Origin: Candidatus Uhrbacteria bacterium CG_4_9_14_3_um_filter_41_35
Lineage (GTDB): Bacteria > Patescibacteriota > Patescibacteriia > UBA9934
NCBI GenBank assembly: GCA_002791275.1
Contig: PFWT01000009.1
Coordinates: forward strand, 72,797-136,796
DNA: 64,000 bases
Direction: 5' to 3'
The notes under the pieces were generated by a model. The model saw only the letters and a program-made list of their open reading frames with translations. It ran no database searches and was not told where the DNA came from. Below are positions 51,773 to 61,824 of this stretch, piece after piece (position 1 is the stretch's first letter; the number at the start of each line of letters is the position of its first letter). The translations under genes and the position numbers were made by a program.

Positions 51773-52582
51773 TTATTCTTCAGTTTCCTCAATTTCTTCG
51801 GAAATGTTTTCAACCTCTTCTTTAGTTTCATCAATTACTTCTTCAGCATCCTCTGAAGCAGCTGCAATTTTCTCTGTTAGAGAAGCGTGCGCTAGCTGAC
51901 CTTCGATCCAGTTAAAGTGGTTAAGAAGGATTTTTACTGCATCACCCACAGCTTCCTGTGCTGAAACAGTACCGTCAGTTAAGATATTCATGTTAACTTT
52001 GTCGTAGTTAGTAATTTCACCAACACGAGTGTTTTCAACAGTGATTCCAACATTCACAACTGGGCTGAAAAATGCGTCCATAGCCATTACACCAATATCA
52101 TTGCCAGTTGAATTCTGTTCTTCCGTAGGAACGAAACCGCGACCTCGACCAACTGTAATTTCCGCGTGGAAAGTTGCAGATTTATCTGTCATTGTAGCGA
52201 TCACTAGATCTGAGTTTACAATTTCAACATCAGCGTTTCCGCTAATATCTTTCGCAGTAACTTCACCCTGTCGACCTGTCACCTCTAGATTAAGGATTAT
52301 AGGTTCGTCTGTGTGAACTTTTAAGCGAAGCAACTTGAGATTTAAGATGATCTCGAGCGTATCTTCTTTCACGCCCTCAATAGTTGAGTATTCGTGATTA
52401 GCACCTTTGATCTTAACAGCAGTAACTGCAGCACCCTCCAAAGAGGAGAGCAACACACGCCGAAGGGCGTTTCCTACCGTCGTTCCATAACCATGATGAA
52501 GTGGCTCGATCGTTAGAATCGATTCATTCTCTAGGTCTCCGTCCCGGAAGGACATTTTTGATGGAAGAAGGATGTTCTCCAT
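51773..52582 (-). CDS. rpoA: RNA polymerase subunit alpha (NTD plus acidic tail)
   Basis: EPLHHGYGTTVGNALRRVLLSS, DAFFSPV, TRVG. Confidence 0.96.
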   Translation of the reverse strand: MENILLPSKMSFRDGDLENESILTIEPLHHGYGTTVGNALRRVLLSSLEGAAVTAVKIKGANHEYSTIEGVKEDTLEIILNLKLLRLKVHTDEPIILNLEVTGRQGEVTAKDISGNADVEIVNSDLVIATMTDKSATFHAEITVGRGRGFVPTEEQNSTGNDIGVMAMDAFFSPVVNVGITVENTRVGEITNYDKVNMNILTDGTVSAQEAVGDAVKILLNHFNWIEGQLAHASLTEKIAAASEDAEEVIDETKEEVENISEEIEETEE

Positions 52583-52612
52583 AATATATGTTAATAATTG
52601 ATGAAAAATTAT

Positions 52613-53239
52613 TTATCGTGAATAGAACTCAATGATGAGTTTTGGATCGTAAACTTCTTTTAGATCCTCACCTTCTGGTAAACTCACAACCTTACCTTCT
52701 TTTGTACCTAGATCAAGATGTAGCCACCCTGGCACAGTTTGATTCTTCAACCGGTCATCTAGTTCGTTGAAAATTGGCTTTAAAACTTTGTTTGGGCGAA
52801 TAGTAATCACATCGTCAACCTTAACAGTATATGATGGAATATTTACCTTCTGTCCATTTACACAAAAGAGTGCGTGACTAACCAATTGTCTAGCTTGTGG
52901 TCTTGTTTTAGCAAAACCTAGTCTGTAAACCGTGTTGTCTAGTCGCATTTCAAGTAGACGTGGTAGGTTTTCAGCTGTGTTTCCTTCCATTCTTGAAGCC
53001 TTTGTAAAGTAGTTTCGGAACTGTTTTTCTAACAGACCGTAAAGTCGTTTAGCTTTCTGTTTTTCACGAAGCTGAATTCCGTAAACTGAAAGTCGAGCTG
53101 GACGTTTTCCACTATTTCCACCGTGTTGCCCTGGAGCAGACGGTCGTCTTTGCATTATTTTGAGTACTTTGTCACCGGTTGAAAGTGCAACACCTTCTCG
53201 TCGGCTCATTTTACCCATTTTTTTGAGTGTCTTTCCCAT
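52613..53239 (-). CDS. rpsD: 30S ribosomal protein S4
   Basis: QLREKQK, LEMRLDN, ARQLVSH, IIEFYSR. Confidence 0.97.
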   Translation of the reverse strand: MGKTLKKMGKMSRREGVALSTGDKVLKIMQRRPSAPGQHGGNSGKRPARLSVYGIQLREKQKAKRLYGLLEKQFRNYFTKASRMEGNTAENLPRLLEMRLDNTVYRLGFAKTRPQARQLVSHALFCVNGQKVNIPSYTVKVDDVITIRPNKVLKPIFNELDDRLKNQTVPGWLHLDLGTKEGKVVSLPEGEDLKEVYDPKLIIEFYSR

Positions 53240-53266
53240 ATCAATTCGATATTCTAAATTTCTATG

Positions 53267-53746
53267 TTAGATCCGTCGAGGACGTCTAGCACGGCAACCA
53301 TTATGTGGCACCGGTGTTGTCTCCTTAATAGAAACAATATTAAATCCTTTTGCGTTAAGTGTTCGGATTGCTGAATCTCGTCCATTACCAATTCCAGTAA
53401 CGAAAACTTGTAGATCCTTCATACCAAGCGCTTCAGCCTTATCTGCAACCTTGTTTATGATGATACTTGCAGCGTAAGGAGTTGCCTTTTTAGGTCCCTT
53501 AAAACCGCAGTTTCCAGCACTTGCCCAAGTTAGCACGTTTCCATTTGCGTCGGTTAGTGTAACGATGGTGTTGTTAAGTGTTGACTGAACGTAAGCTCGT
53601 CCTTTTGGATGTGACTTAACAGTTCGTTTCTTTCCTTTTGCTGTACGAATAAACTTAGGTTGTTTTTTCTCAACTTTCTTTTTATCATCAGCAGCTACTT
53701 CAGTAGCTTCAGTCGTCTCTTCGATTGTGATTTCTTCTTCTGTCAT
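53267..53746 (-). CDS. rpsK: 30S ribosomal protein S11 (N-terminal extension)
   Basis: NNTIVTLTD, KATPYAA, TPVPHNGCR. Confidence 0.97.
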   Translation of the reverse strand: MTEEEITIEETTEATEVAADDKKKVEKKQPKFIRTAKGKKRTVKSHPKGRAYVQSTLNNTIVTLTDANGNVLTWASAGNCGFKGPKKATPYAASIIINKVADKAEALGMKDLQVFVTGIGNGRDSAIRTLNAKGFNIVSIKETTPVPHNGCRARRPRRI

Positions 53747-53774
53747 AATCTTTTAAGATTTGAGTATGAATTTT

Positions 53775-54161
53775 CTAGGTCTTAGAGATGGTTCGACGTC
53801 CACTTCCTGCTGTTGACCGTTTGTTTCCTCGAACTGTTCGAGAGTTAGTCTTGGTTCTCTGTCCACGCGCTGGTAGGCGTTTTGTGTGTCGAGAACCTCG
53901 GTAAGAACCGATTTCCTTAAGTCGTTTAATGTTTCCTGAAACATCACGTCTTAATTCTCCCTCAACTCTGTATTCTTTTTCTACAACCGTACGAACAATG
54001 TTTTCTTGGTCGATTGTAAGATCCTTAACTCGGACGCTTTCATCGATATCTACCTGCTTCAAAATCTTTTTTGAAGTTGTAGGGCCAATACCATGAATAT
54101 AGGTAAGCGCGATTACGATTCTTTTATCTGATGGGATTGTAACTCCTGCGATACGTGCCAT
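53775..54161 (-). CDS. rpsM: 30S ribosomal protein S13
   Basis: [21 protein letters not shown]. Confidence 0.97.
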   Translation of the reverse strand: MARIAGVTIPSDKRIVIALTYIHGIGPTTSKKILKQVDIDESVRVKDLTIDQENIVRTVVEKEYRVEGELRRDVSGNIKRLKEIGSYRGSRHTKRLPARGQRTKTNSRTVRGNKRSTAGSGRRTISKT

Positions 54162-54191
54162 AATATATAATTATTTGCAAACAAAGCTAAT

Positions 54192-54305
54192 TTAGCCCTG
54201 TCGCTGTTTATGCTTTGGGGTCTTACAAATAACATGAACTCGTCCTTTTCGACGGATTACATGACAGTCTCTACATATCTTTTTTGCTGACGATCTTACT
54301 TTCAT
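54192..54305 (-). CDS. rpmJ: 50S ribosomal protein L36 (not in ORF track)
   Basis: [37 protein letters not shown], Zn-binding C-C-C-H form, between infA and rpsM. Confidence 0.96.
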   Translation of the reverse strand: MKVRSSAKKICRDCHVIRRKGRVHVICKTPKHKQRQG

Positions 54306-54373
54306 AATATCTATTTTTATCAGAAAATCACCCAAAATTAGCGGTGATCTTCAACTAAGGTCGACATATCGTA

Positions 54374-54589
54374 TTAAAATCTATACGTGATGCGTCCTTT
54401 TGTGAGATCATAAGGGCTGATCTCAACTTTGACTTCATCTCCTGACATTATACGGATGCGAAATTTGCGCAACCGGCCGGAAAGATGAGCGATTAATTCC
54501 TGATCGTTCTCAAGTTGAACGCGGAAATTGCCACCGGGAAGTGACTCTTCCACAGTGCCTCGCATTTCTATAAAATCTTTTTCTGCCAT
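54374..54589 (-). CDS. infA: Translation initiation factor IF-1
   Basis: [29 protein letters not shown]. Confidence 0.97.
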   Translation of the reverse strand: MAEKDFIEMRGTVEESLPGGNFRVQLENDQELIAHLSGRLRKFRIRIMSGDEVKVEISPYDLTKGRITYRF

Positions 54590-54768
54590 AAGCTGATGAA
54601 AGTATATACTAACTTACAATTTTTGGCAAGAAGTAGTCAGATTTCAATGCTTTGAGATCTTACTAGACAGACCAAATATTGTCAAGAATATGTGAGTATT
54701 AACAACTTAATTAGTTATAATTAGCCAGCGCACTGAAAAACTACATAAAAAATGTAGTTTTTTGTTGT

Positions 54769-56544
54769 TTAACCCAAAATTGCTTTAATTCTACGGATTC
54801 CAGCGCTTGAAGCTTCCTCTTTTTGTAATGTAAAGTGGCCAAGTTCAGCAGTATTTTCAACATGTGGACCACCACAGATTTCACTCGAGTAATCCCCAAT
54901 AAAATAAACCTTTACCTGATCACCAACGCTCTCGTATTTATCTTCAAATAGACCAATCGCTCCCCTTTTCTTTGCTTCAGCCACTGTTAATAACTCCTGA
55001 TGAACCGATAATTTTGCATCAATTTGCGCGTTTACAATATCTTCAACCCGTTTCTTCTGTTCATCTGTCATCTTTTCTGGGTGACTAAAATCAAACCTTA
55101 GTCTCTCCTGGGTAATATTTGAACCTTTTTGCTCAACGTGATCTCCAAGAACGTCTCGCAGTGCTTGGTGCAAGAGATGTGTTGCTGTATGTAGTTTTCT
55201 TGCTTCAACAGAATCGTCAACTAATCCGCCAGCAAATTTCTGACCAGCGCCAGCTCGACTCAATTCTTGATGGTTAACAAATTCAGATTCAAAAAGCTGT
55301 CTTTCAACTTTTTGACCGTACTCTGAAGCAATTTCTTCAGTGAGCTCCAAAGGAAAACCATAAGATTGATAAAGATCAAAGGCGTCCTTGCCAGTAATTT
55401 GGTTTTGTTCGTCCCAAAGCTTTTGAAGTTGTTTAAGTCCTTTTTGTACTGATTTATCAAATTTCGCCGCCTCTGTTAGTAACACTTGTACCAAACGATC
55501 CCGCTGTTCATCCAAAATTGGGTAACCAGCCCTTAAAGACGCTATAATCTCATCAACAACCTGCTCCACAAGATCCACTGAATCGATATTGAGTTTTCTC
55601 GCATGACGAATAGCTCTACGTACCAGTCGGCGTAAAATATAACCCTGATCTTTGTTGGATGGCTCAATGCCGTCCGATATGATCATAACCGACGACCGCA
55701 AGTGATCAGCGATAATTCTCATTGAAACACCAGTTTGATGTTCTGCATCGTATTCTTCCCTTGCTAAAAGAGAAATTCTTGCCAAAATTCCAGTAAATAA
55801 CTCAGTTTCGTAAACACTCTTTTTTCCTTGAAGTACCGCTGTTGTGCGTTCAAGACCCATTCCGGTATCCACATTTCGTTTTGCAAGCGGAAGAAGGGCT
55901 CCGGATTCATCTTTATTAAACTGCATGAACACATTATTCCAAATTTCGACCCAAGCGTTATTTTCAGGATCAAAATCTTCCGGTGCCTCACCTTCTCCGG
56001 TCCAATAAAAAATTTCTGTGTCCGGTCCCTGGGGTCCTGTGTGCTTACCACCAGCTGGCCACCAGTTCTGCTCATTGTTCAGTTTTGCGATGCGACCTCG
56101 ACTAACACCGAGTGCTAACCATTTTGTAAAAGCTTCTTCATCAAAAGGCGCATTCTCATCCCCTTCAAACACACTAAATGCCAATTTTTCAAGAGGGATA
56201 TTGAGCCACTCAGGGGAAGTCAGGAACTCAAAACTCCACTCAATGCTTTCGTTTTTGAAATAATCACCAAGCGACCAGTTTCCAAGCATTTCAAAAAAAG
56301 TTAGGTGAGTTCGATCGCCAACCTCATCAATATCACCGGTTCGAACACATTTCTGATAATCAACCAAACGTGTTCCAGCTGGGTGGTCCTCCCCCATTAA
56401 ATATGGAACCAGAGGATGCATACCAGCGGTTGTAAATAAAACCGAAGGATCGTTCACAGGAACCAGTGAAGCACTTGGTATTTCTCGATGCCCTTTTGAA
56501 GCAAAAAATTGAATATATTTTCGTCGAAGTTCGTTTGCAGTCAT
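54769..56544 (-). CDS. alaS: Alanine--tRNA ligase (short form)
   Basis: LFTTAGM, HLTFFEMLGN, VDTGMGLER, HTATHLL, EICGGPHV, GIRRI. Confidence 0.96.
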   Translation of the reverse strand: MTANELRRKYIQFFASKGHREIPSASLVPVNDPSVLFTTAGMHPLVPYLMGEDHPAGTRLVDYQKCVRTGDIDEVGDRTHLTFFEMLGNWSLGDYFKNESIEWSFEFLTSPEWLNIPLEKLAFSVFEGDENAPFDEEAFTKWLALGVSRGRIAKLNNEQNWWPAGGKHTGPQGPDTEIFYWTGEGEAPEDFDPENNAWVEIWNNVFMQFNKDESGALLPLAKRNVDTGMGLERTTAVLQGKKSVYETELFTGILARISLLAREEYDAEHQTGVSMRIIADHLRSSVMIISDGIEPSNKDQGYILRRLVRRAIRHARKLNIDSVDLVEQVVDEIIASLRAGYPILDEQRDRLVQVLLTEAAKFDKSVQKGLKQLQKLWDEQNQITGKDAFDLYQSYGFPLELTEEIASEYGQKVERQLFESEFVNHQELSRAGAGQKFAGGLVDDSVEARKLHTATHLLHQALRDVLGDHVEQKGSNITQERLRFDFSHPEKMTDEQKKRVEDIVNAQIDAKLSVHQELLTVAEAKKRGAIGLFEDKYESVGDQVKVYFIGDYSSEICGGPHVENTAELGHFTLQKEEASSAGIRRIKAILG

Positions 56545-56690
56545 AGTGCAGAAACTATACCAGATTAGTTATAATTATCAAGATATTTGTTGAAGCAAAA
56601 TATTCTTTCAAAACTAAAGAGACACTAGCTAATACTTTTGATAAATAAATAAATAAATGTCGTACTCTACAACCCACCTCTTTATTTTCA

Positions 56691-58304
56691 CTAGCCAATC
56701 TCGGTAACTATTTCCTCTTCAACCTTAACCTTTTTTATTAACTTACGTCTGAGTGCACTAATAAACACTGTCATTTCCTGACTCTTTAGAAGTAGTGCCG
56801 TTAAGGCGTAAACAAATAGTCCCACTGTTCCAGCCACAAAACCTTGAGTAAATATCCCCAAAACAGTGTCGATATTCAAATAGATGTCAAGAAGTTGTTT
56901 TAAAGCCTGAGTTACAAACGCAGCTACGAGTCCAGCTGATAAAAGTGTAATAATAGTTTTGAAAATTCTTCCCTCATCTAGCGAGCCCAGACGTTTTCTT
57001 AGCGGAATCCACAAAATTATCATTTGCACTATGGCCGATATTGAATAGGCCATTCCTAAACCTAAAACTCCAAATTCTTTTGTTAGGATTAGTGCCGAGA
57101 TAATATTAACTAGTCCGGTTGCGAGACCAACTATAAACGGGGTTATTGTGTTATCCATTGCAAAGTAACCACGTACCAATACAAAGACGATTGACTGCGC
57201 AAAGAGACTGACTGCGAAGAAGCCTAAAGTATTCGCAGTTAAAAATGTTGCTTCCCAGTCAAAGACTCCGGAACCAAGAACAACTCGAACAATCTGAGCT
57301 CGAAGCAGAATAAACATTACAGTTGCTGGAATAATAAAAAGAAGAATCTGTCTAATTGTCTGAGAGAACGATTTTATAAATTCCTCGGTTTTGTTTTTGT
57401 TTAGTAATTCACAAAAAGTTGGAAATGCAGCGATTGCGTAAGAAATGGCAATAACGCCGACCGGGAAAAAGTTTAGGTTGTACGCAAACTGTAAAACTGT
57501 CACTGAACCCGCAGTGAGTGTTGTGGCAATAACAGTCATTGCCACAAAATTTATCTGATTCACAGCCAGACCCATAACCCGCGGAGCCATATGTTTTAGC
57601 ATATACTGCGTGTCCTTATCTTTCCAAATAAGTATTGGCTGGTAGCGGTAACCTAGTGAAAAAATTCCGGCTGACTGCAATAGCAAATGCAAGATCGCGC
57701 CAAAACCTACGCCCCAGGCAAGGCCGATCTGACCTAAAATTGGGACGAAAAATATAGCTCCGGCGATAATTCCAAAGTTATAGAAAATTGGCGCTAAAGA
57801 ATACAGAACAAATCTCTTAGCCCCCTGTAAAGCTGAACCAAAAACCATTGAAATCGAGAGGAAAAACTGTGCTGTAAACATTATCCGAGCCATTTCAACC
57901 ACCGCCCTTTGCTTATCTGCATCAAAACCAACTGCCACAAAAGGCACCAACTGATTCATAAAAATAATTGCAAGCAAAATTGCTACACCAAAAGCAATTG
58001 CAATTAAATTTAACAATTTATTTGTTAAAAGCCAGGCTTTTTCTCTGGCATTTTCCGAATAGTTGCGTGTAAACAGCGGAATAAAGCTTGCTGATAAAGC
58101 TCCAACTACGATTAGCTGAAACAAAAAATCCGGTACTCTAAAAGCCGTAAAATAGATATCGAGCGTGTCGCCCGCCCCAAACTGACCGGCTAAAATGCGG
58201 TCGCGAATAAACCCGACAACGCGGGAAAGAATAGAAAACGAGGCGACAATGACTGCCGCACTCGTTATCGTGCTTGACTGACCATTTATAAATTTCTTGA
58301 ACAT
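56691..58304 (-). CDS. murJ: Lipid II flippase MurJ
   Basis: SRVVGFIRD, AFRVPD, GALSASFIP. Confidence 0.92.
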   Translation of the reverse strand: MFKKFINGQSSTITSAAVIVASFSILSRVVGFIRDRILAGQFGAGDTLDIYFTAFRVPDFLFQLIVVGALSASFIPLFTRNYSENAREKAWLLTNKLLNLIAIAFGVAILLAIIFMNQLVPFVAVGFDADKQRAVVEMARIMFTAQFFLSISMVFGSALQGAKRFVLYSLAPIFYNFGIIAGAIFFVPILGQIGLAWGVGFGAILHLLLQSAGIFSLGYRYQPILIWKDKDTQYMLKHMAPRVMGLAVNQINFVAMTVIATTLTAGSVTVLQFAYNLNFFPVGVIAISYAIAAFPTFCELLNKNKTEEFIKSFSQTIRQILLFIIPATVMFILLRAQIVRVVLGSGVFDWEATFLTANTLGFFAVSLFAQSIVFVLVRGYFAMDNTITPFIVGLATGLVNIISALILTKEFGVLGLGMAYSISAIVQMIILWIPLRKRLGSLDEGRIFKTIITLLSAGLVAAFVTQALKQLLDIYLNIDTVLGIFTQGFVAGTVGLFVYALTALLLKSQEMTVFISALRRKLIKKVKVEEEIVTEIG

Positions 58305-58307
58305 GTA

Positions 58308-60260
58308 CTACTTATTCTTCGGTTTCTGAGTTTTTGCCCTTTTAGAGGTAGGTTTTTTTGTTGGTTTTTTGCTTTCTGTCTTCTTCACAATTTTCTTTTT
58401 CGCTGGTTTTTTTGAAGTTTTCTTGGTTACTGCAGACGCAGATGCTATCTTTTGAAGACCATCTGAATCTGGCAAATCTTTTTGCTCAGTTTGAGCAAGC
58501 TCGTCTTCTCCCAAATCCCCTTCTTCGAGAAGTCCTTTGTCCTCTAGACTGTCTGCTGTGTCGTCTAAAGCCTCGTCATCAGAGTCCATCTCTAAATCAT
58601 CATCTAAACTGTCGAGACCCTCGATACCTTCTTCTTCATCATCAGTCTCTTCCTCAGTATCTGCTTCTGATTCTAAAGGATCTGCATCTTCTGACTCTTC
58701 TTCAACACTTTCGCTTTTATTATCCTCGATATCTAAATCAGATTCTGATGACTCGTCGTCGATAATTTCTTCATCGTCTTCGGCTATTTCTTCCTCCGTT
58801 TCTTCATTTTCGTCGACGACCATACTGTCTTCGTCTTCCTCAATCACATCTTCATCTTCGACAGTATCCTCGGTATTTTCGTCCTCGATATCGCTATCAA
58901 TCTCATCTTCTTCATCGTCCTCCTCTTCTACATTTTCGCTTCTTTCTATAATTTTTGCGTTCTTTGCAGTTTTTCCACTTCCACCTTTCTTTAGCGCGAG
59001 CGCTATGAATGCGAACATTAATAGTCCTAGCCCGCCAATTATAACCTTCACATATGGATTTGCTAGGTGGAAAAACGAGATCTGAATTTCCTCGGAGTCC
59101 ACTTTTACATTTCCAGCCTGATCAGTTACTGAGAGTTTTACTAAGTATTTTCCTGGTTTCAAAAATTTATGCTCAACCTGCGACTGTTGTGAAATTGAAC
59201 TATCGCCAAAGTCCCATTCAACCTGAATATTGTCGTTTGGATTTAATGACCTAAAACTGTAGGTTTTCCAGTCTATTGGCGAATAAACAAAAGAAGCATT
59301 TGTTGAGACAAGAATTAAATCGTTTGATGCAATTTCATTTGCTTTTTGTATATTTGAGTCAAGCGGTACCGCATCTTTAGAATCAGTAGCGCCATCACCG
59401 TCTGTGTCACTATTATTTGGATCTGTACCCAATACCGCTTCCTGACTGGCGTTTAAACCGTCACTATCAACATCAGCGCTTAAATCTGAGGCTGGATCTG
59501 GCGTAGGTTCGCTGGCTGGAATATCGTTTTTCGCGAGTGAATCATCGACTGGAGCTTCGCTAACTGTTGTAGTTAAGACCGGGTCAAAAACTGGGTCTGC
59601 CTGGACTACGGCACTCACTACTGGTTCATTACCCGTTATATTTGGATCAAGCGGAGCTGGATCTTTTGCATCGCCAACTCCATCACCGTCTGTATCTGCG
59701 TTAAAAGGTGAGGTGCCGAGTTCAGCTTCAACTGCGTCTGTAAGCCCATCATTGTCGTCGTCATCATCACAAACATCACCCATGCCATCATTATCAAAAT
59801 CAAGCTGGTCGGTATTTGCCGTGTTTACACAATTATCTCGATCGTTTGGAACAGTATCGTAATCATCGTCAACAACAATACTGAACAGTGTTGTAATCGC
59901 TACATCATTTGCTGGATTAGTGTCAGCCGGATCTGTTCCTTTAATTTCGGCGCGAATATTAAAATTGCCGTATGGCACCACAAAGTCCGCCCACACATCT
60001 TCGTTTGCACCACCACTAGCAGCTGAAACTATTTGACTTGGCCCAATAGGCTCACTGCCTTTATAAAAGAAAACATAGCCGGAAATATCGATATCGCCTT
60101 CATTCTTAATTGTTGCATAGATACGGATAGTGTCTCCCGCAACCAAAGTGGGTTCTGAAAAACGAATACCACTTGCATAGATACCCATGTCTGGCGCAGC
60201 GAGCGCAGCAAACGGCATTATGAGTAAAAATGAAGCTGTAATTATTATTCGTTTAAACAT
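58308..60260 (-). CDS. Surface protein: CARDB-like, thrombospondin type 3 repeats, PKD, TM, acidic/basic tail
   Basis: DxDxDG repeats, DNC..N.DQ.D, WDFGD PKD motif, TM, D/E-rich then K-rich tail. Confidence 0.82.
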   Translation of the reverse strand: MFKRIIITASFLLIMPFAALAAPDMGIYASGIRFSEPTLVAGDTIRIYATIKNEGDIDISGYVFFYKGSEPIGPSQIVSAASGGANEDVWADFVVPYGNFNIRAEIKGTDPADTNPANDVAITTLFSIVVDDDYDTVPNDRDNCVNTANTDQLDFDNDGMGDVCDDDDDNDGLTDAVEAELGTSPFNADTDGDGVGDAKDPAPLDPNITGNEPVVSAVVQADPVFDPVLTTTVSEAPVDDSLAKNDIPASEPTPDPASDLSADVDSDGLNASQEAVLGTDPNNSDTDGDGATDSKDAVPLDSNIQKANEIASNDLILVSTNASFVYSPIDWKTYSFRSLNPNDNIQVEWDFGDSSISQQSQVEHKFLKPGKYLVKLSVTDQAGNVKVDSEEIQISFFHLANPYVKVIIGGLGLLMFAFIALALKKGGSGKTAKNAKIIERSENVEEEDDEEDEIDSDIEDENTEDTVEDEDVIEEDEDSMVVDENEETEEEIAEDDEEIIDDESSESDLDIEDNKSESVEEESEDADPLESEADTEEETDDEEEGIEGLDSLDDDLEMDSDDEALDDTADSLEDKGLLEEGDLGEDELAQTEQKDLPDSDGLQKIASASAVTKKTSKKPAKKKIVKKTESKKPTKKPTSKRAKTQKPKNK

Positions 60261-60305
60261 ATGATTGCAGTATAGAGGAAAAGTAGAATTGTTCGAAGTG
60301 GACAA

Positions 60306-60878
60306 CTATTGTCTTAAAGTTGCGTGGGTTGGCCGTGTAATCCAAAGCTCCCTTGCGTAATCTTGGTGAATTTCTAGACGAAGTCTAAAAGTTGGGTGCA
60401 CCCTTACCACCACATTTGCAAGTACTAAATTCTTATACCCGGAAATTTCAACAGAAACCGTCTCGCCGTTTTGTAAATGTAAATCTCGAGCGTCGGTATC
60501 TGAACAGGTTAAATGCGGTTTTGGAATAATAAGACCTGCCGATAGCTCAACCTCCCCAACCGGACCGACTAAACGACAAGGCGCCGCCTCCATTAGGGTT
60601 CCTGTTTTTACCTCTGGTAAATTTAAGCCCAAAAATATTGCTTCTGTTGGCGTAATTTCAACATGACTTCTAGCCCAGTTTGGTCCCAGAACTCTAAGCT
60701 CTAGCGATCTTTTTAATTTTCCGTAAACCTGTACGGTGTCGTCATAAATAAACTGTCCTTGCTGGGTATGCTCTGCGCCAATCGTCATAGCGTGACCAAC
60801 GCCAAACAATTTTTTCTGATCATCTTCAGATAAATAAACGTGAGACGGAATAATATCAACTGGGATTGGCCTGGACAT
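60306..60878 (-). CDS. PduL/EutD-like phosphate acyltransferase (divergent)
   Basis: LRVLGP, VEITPTEA..LG, LVGPVGEVEL..GLII, NVVVRV. Confidence 0.78.
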   Translation of the reverse strand: MSRPIPVDIIPSHVYLSEDDQKKLFGVGHAMTIGAEHTQQGQFIYDDTVQVYGKLKRSLELRVLGPNWARSHVEITPTEAIFLGLNLPEVKTGTLMEAAPCRLVGPVGEVELSAGLIIPKPHLTCSDTDARDLHLQNGETVSVEISGYKNLVLANVVVRVHPTFRLRLEIHQDYARELWITRPTHATLRQ

Positions 60879-60881
60879 AAG

Positions 60882-61796
60882 TTATTTTTGACGGCGATCA
60901 ATGCCGATAGTTAAAAACCAAAATACAATAATTGAAAACGTGATGATTACTGAAACAATAAGTACATCATCCGCAAACGGTAGTCGTTCCACATTCATTC
61001 CGTAGTAACCCGTAATAAGTGTTGGTGGCATTAAAACAACTGAAATAACCGTAAGAAGTCTAATTATCTCGTTCATTCTATGTGAAAGCAGTGATTCGTT
61101 CACCTCAAATAAACCATCAACAATATTTTTTAGATTATCACTTACCACACTGGTGTTATCAAGCGAGTCTTTAACGTCGTCGAAATAAATATTAAGTTCA
61201 TTACCAATAAATGATTTTTTATTATGTTTGAACTGATCAACCAGCAACCGCTCTGGATCGATAATGTGTCTCAAAAATAAGATATTTCTGCGAAGAACCC
61301 CGAGCCGTTTTGTGGTTACTTTGGTGTTTAAATCATAAACCTGATTTTCAACCCTTTCCGTTTCCCTTACAAGTTCCCGTAAAATAACATTTGAGTCTCT
61401 AAAAATATAATCCAGCAGTTTATACAAAAAGTAACCAGTTGATTTTCCAAGGGCATCACGTTTTAAACCGGGGCTTCGTTTTACCCGAGCAAAGAAACGC
61501 TCCACTGTTTCAATTGGTTTACGTGAGGTAGTGATAACATAGTTTTTCCCTATGAATATCGCCAGATTTCGCTTAACTAACCTGTTACTCACAGTATCAA
61601 AAACTGGAATGTTTATAATAGAAAAAAGATAATATTTATAAACGTCGAGCTTAGAAAGTTCGGAGTCATCGCGGATGTCGTCAAAATCGAGCGGATGAAA
61701 TTTGAATTCTTTACGTAAAAAATCAAAGTCAGCATCTTTCAATTCCGAAAAATGCAACCAAACCATGCTTCCGCTTTTTATTTGTTCGTGTGACAT
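60882..61796 (-). CDS. corA: CorA family Mg2+ transporter
   Basis: FHPLD, MNEIIRLLT, YYGMN signature. Confidence 0.9.
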   Translation of the reverse strand: MSHEQIKSGSMVWLHFSELKDADFDFLRKEFKFHPLDFDDIRDDSELSKLDVYKYYLFSIINIPVFDTVSNRLVKRNLAIFIGKNYVITTSRKPIETVERFFARVKRSPGLKRDALGKSTGYFLYKLLDYIFRDSNVILRELVRETERVENQVYDLNTKVTTKRLGVLRRNILFLRHIIDPERLLVDQFKHNKKSFIGNELNIYFDDVKDSLDNTSVVSDNLKNIVDGLFEVNESLLSHRMNEIIRLLTVISVVLMPPTLITGYYGMNVERLPFADDVLIVSVIITFSIIVFWFLTIGIDRRQK

Positions 61797-61824
61797 GTCC
61801 CCCTAGTTAAATTTGTAAAATCTA

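Noticed and set aside
58537-59085. 182-aa poly-Ser ORF on the + strand
   Set aside because: Antisense shadow of the GAA/GAT-rich acidic tail of the minus-strand gene
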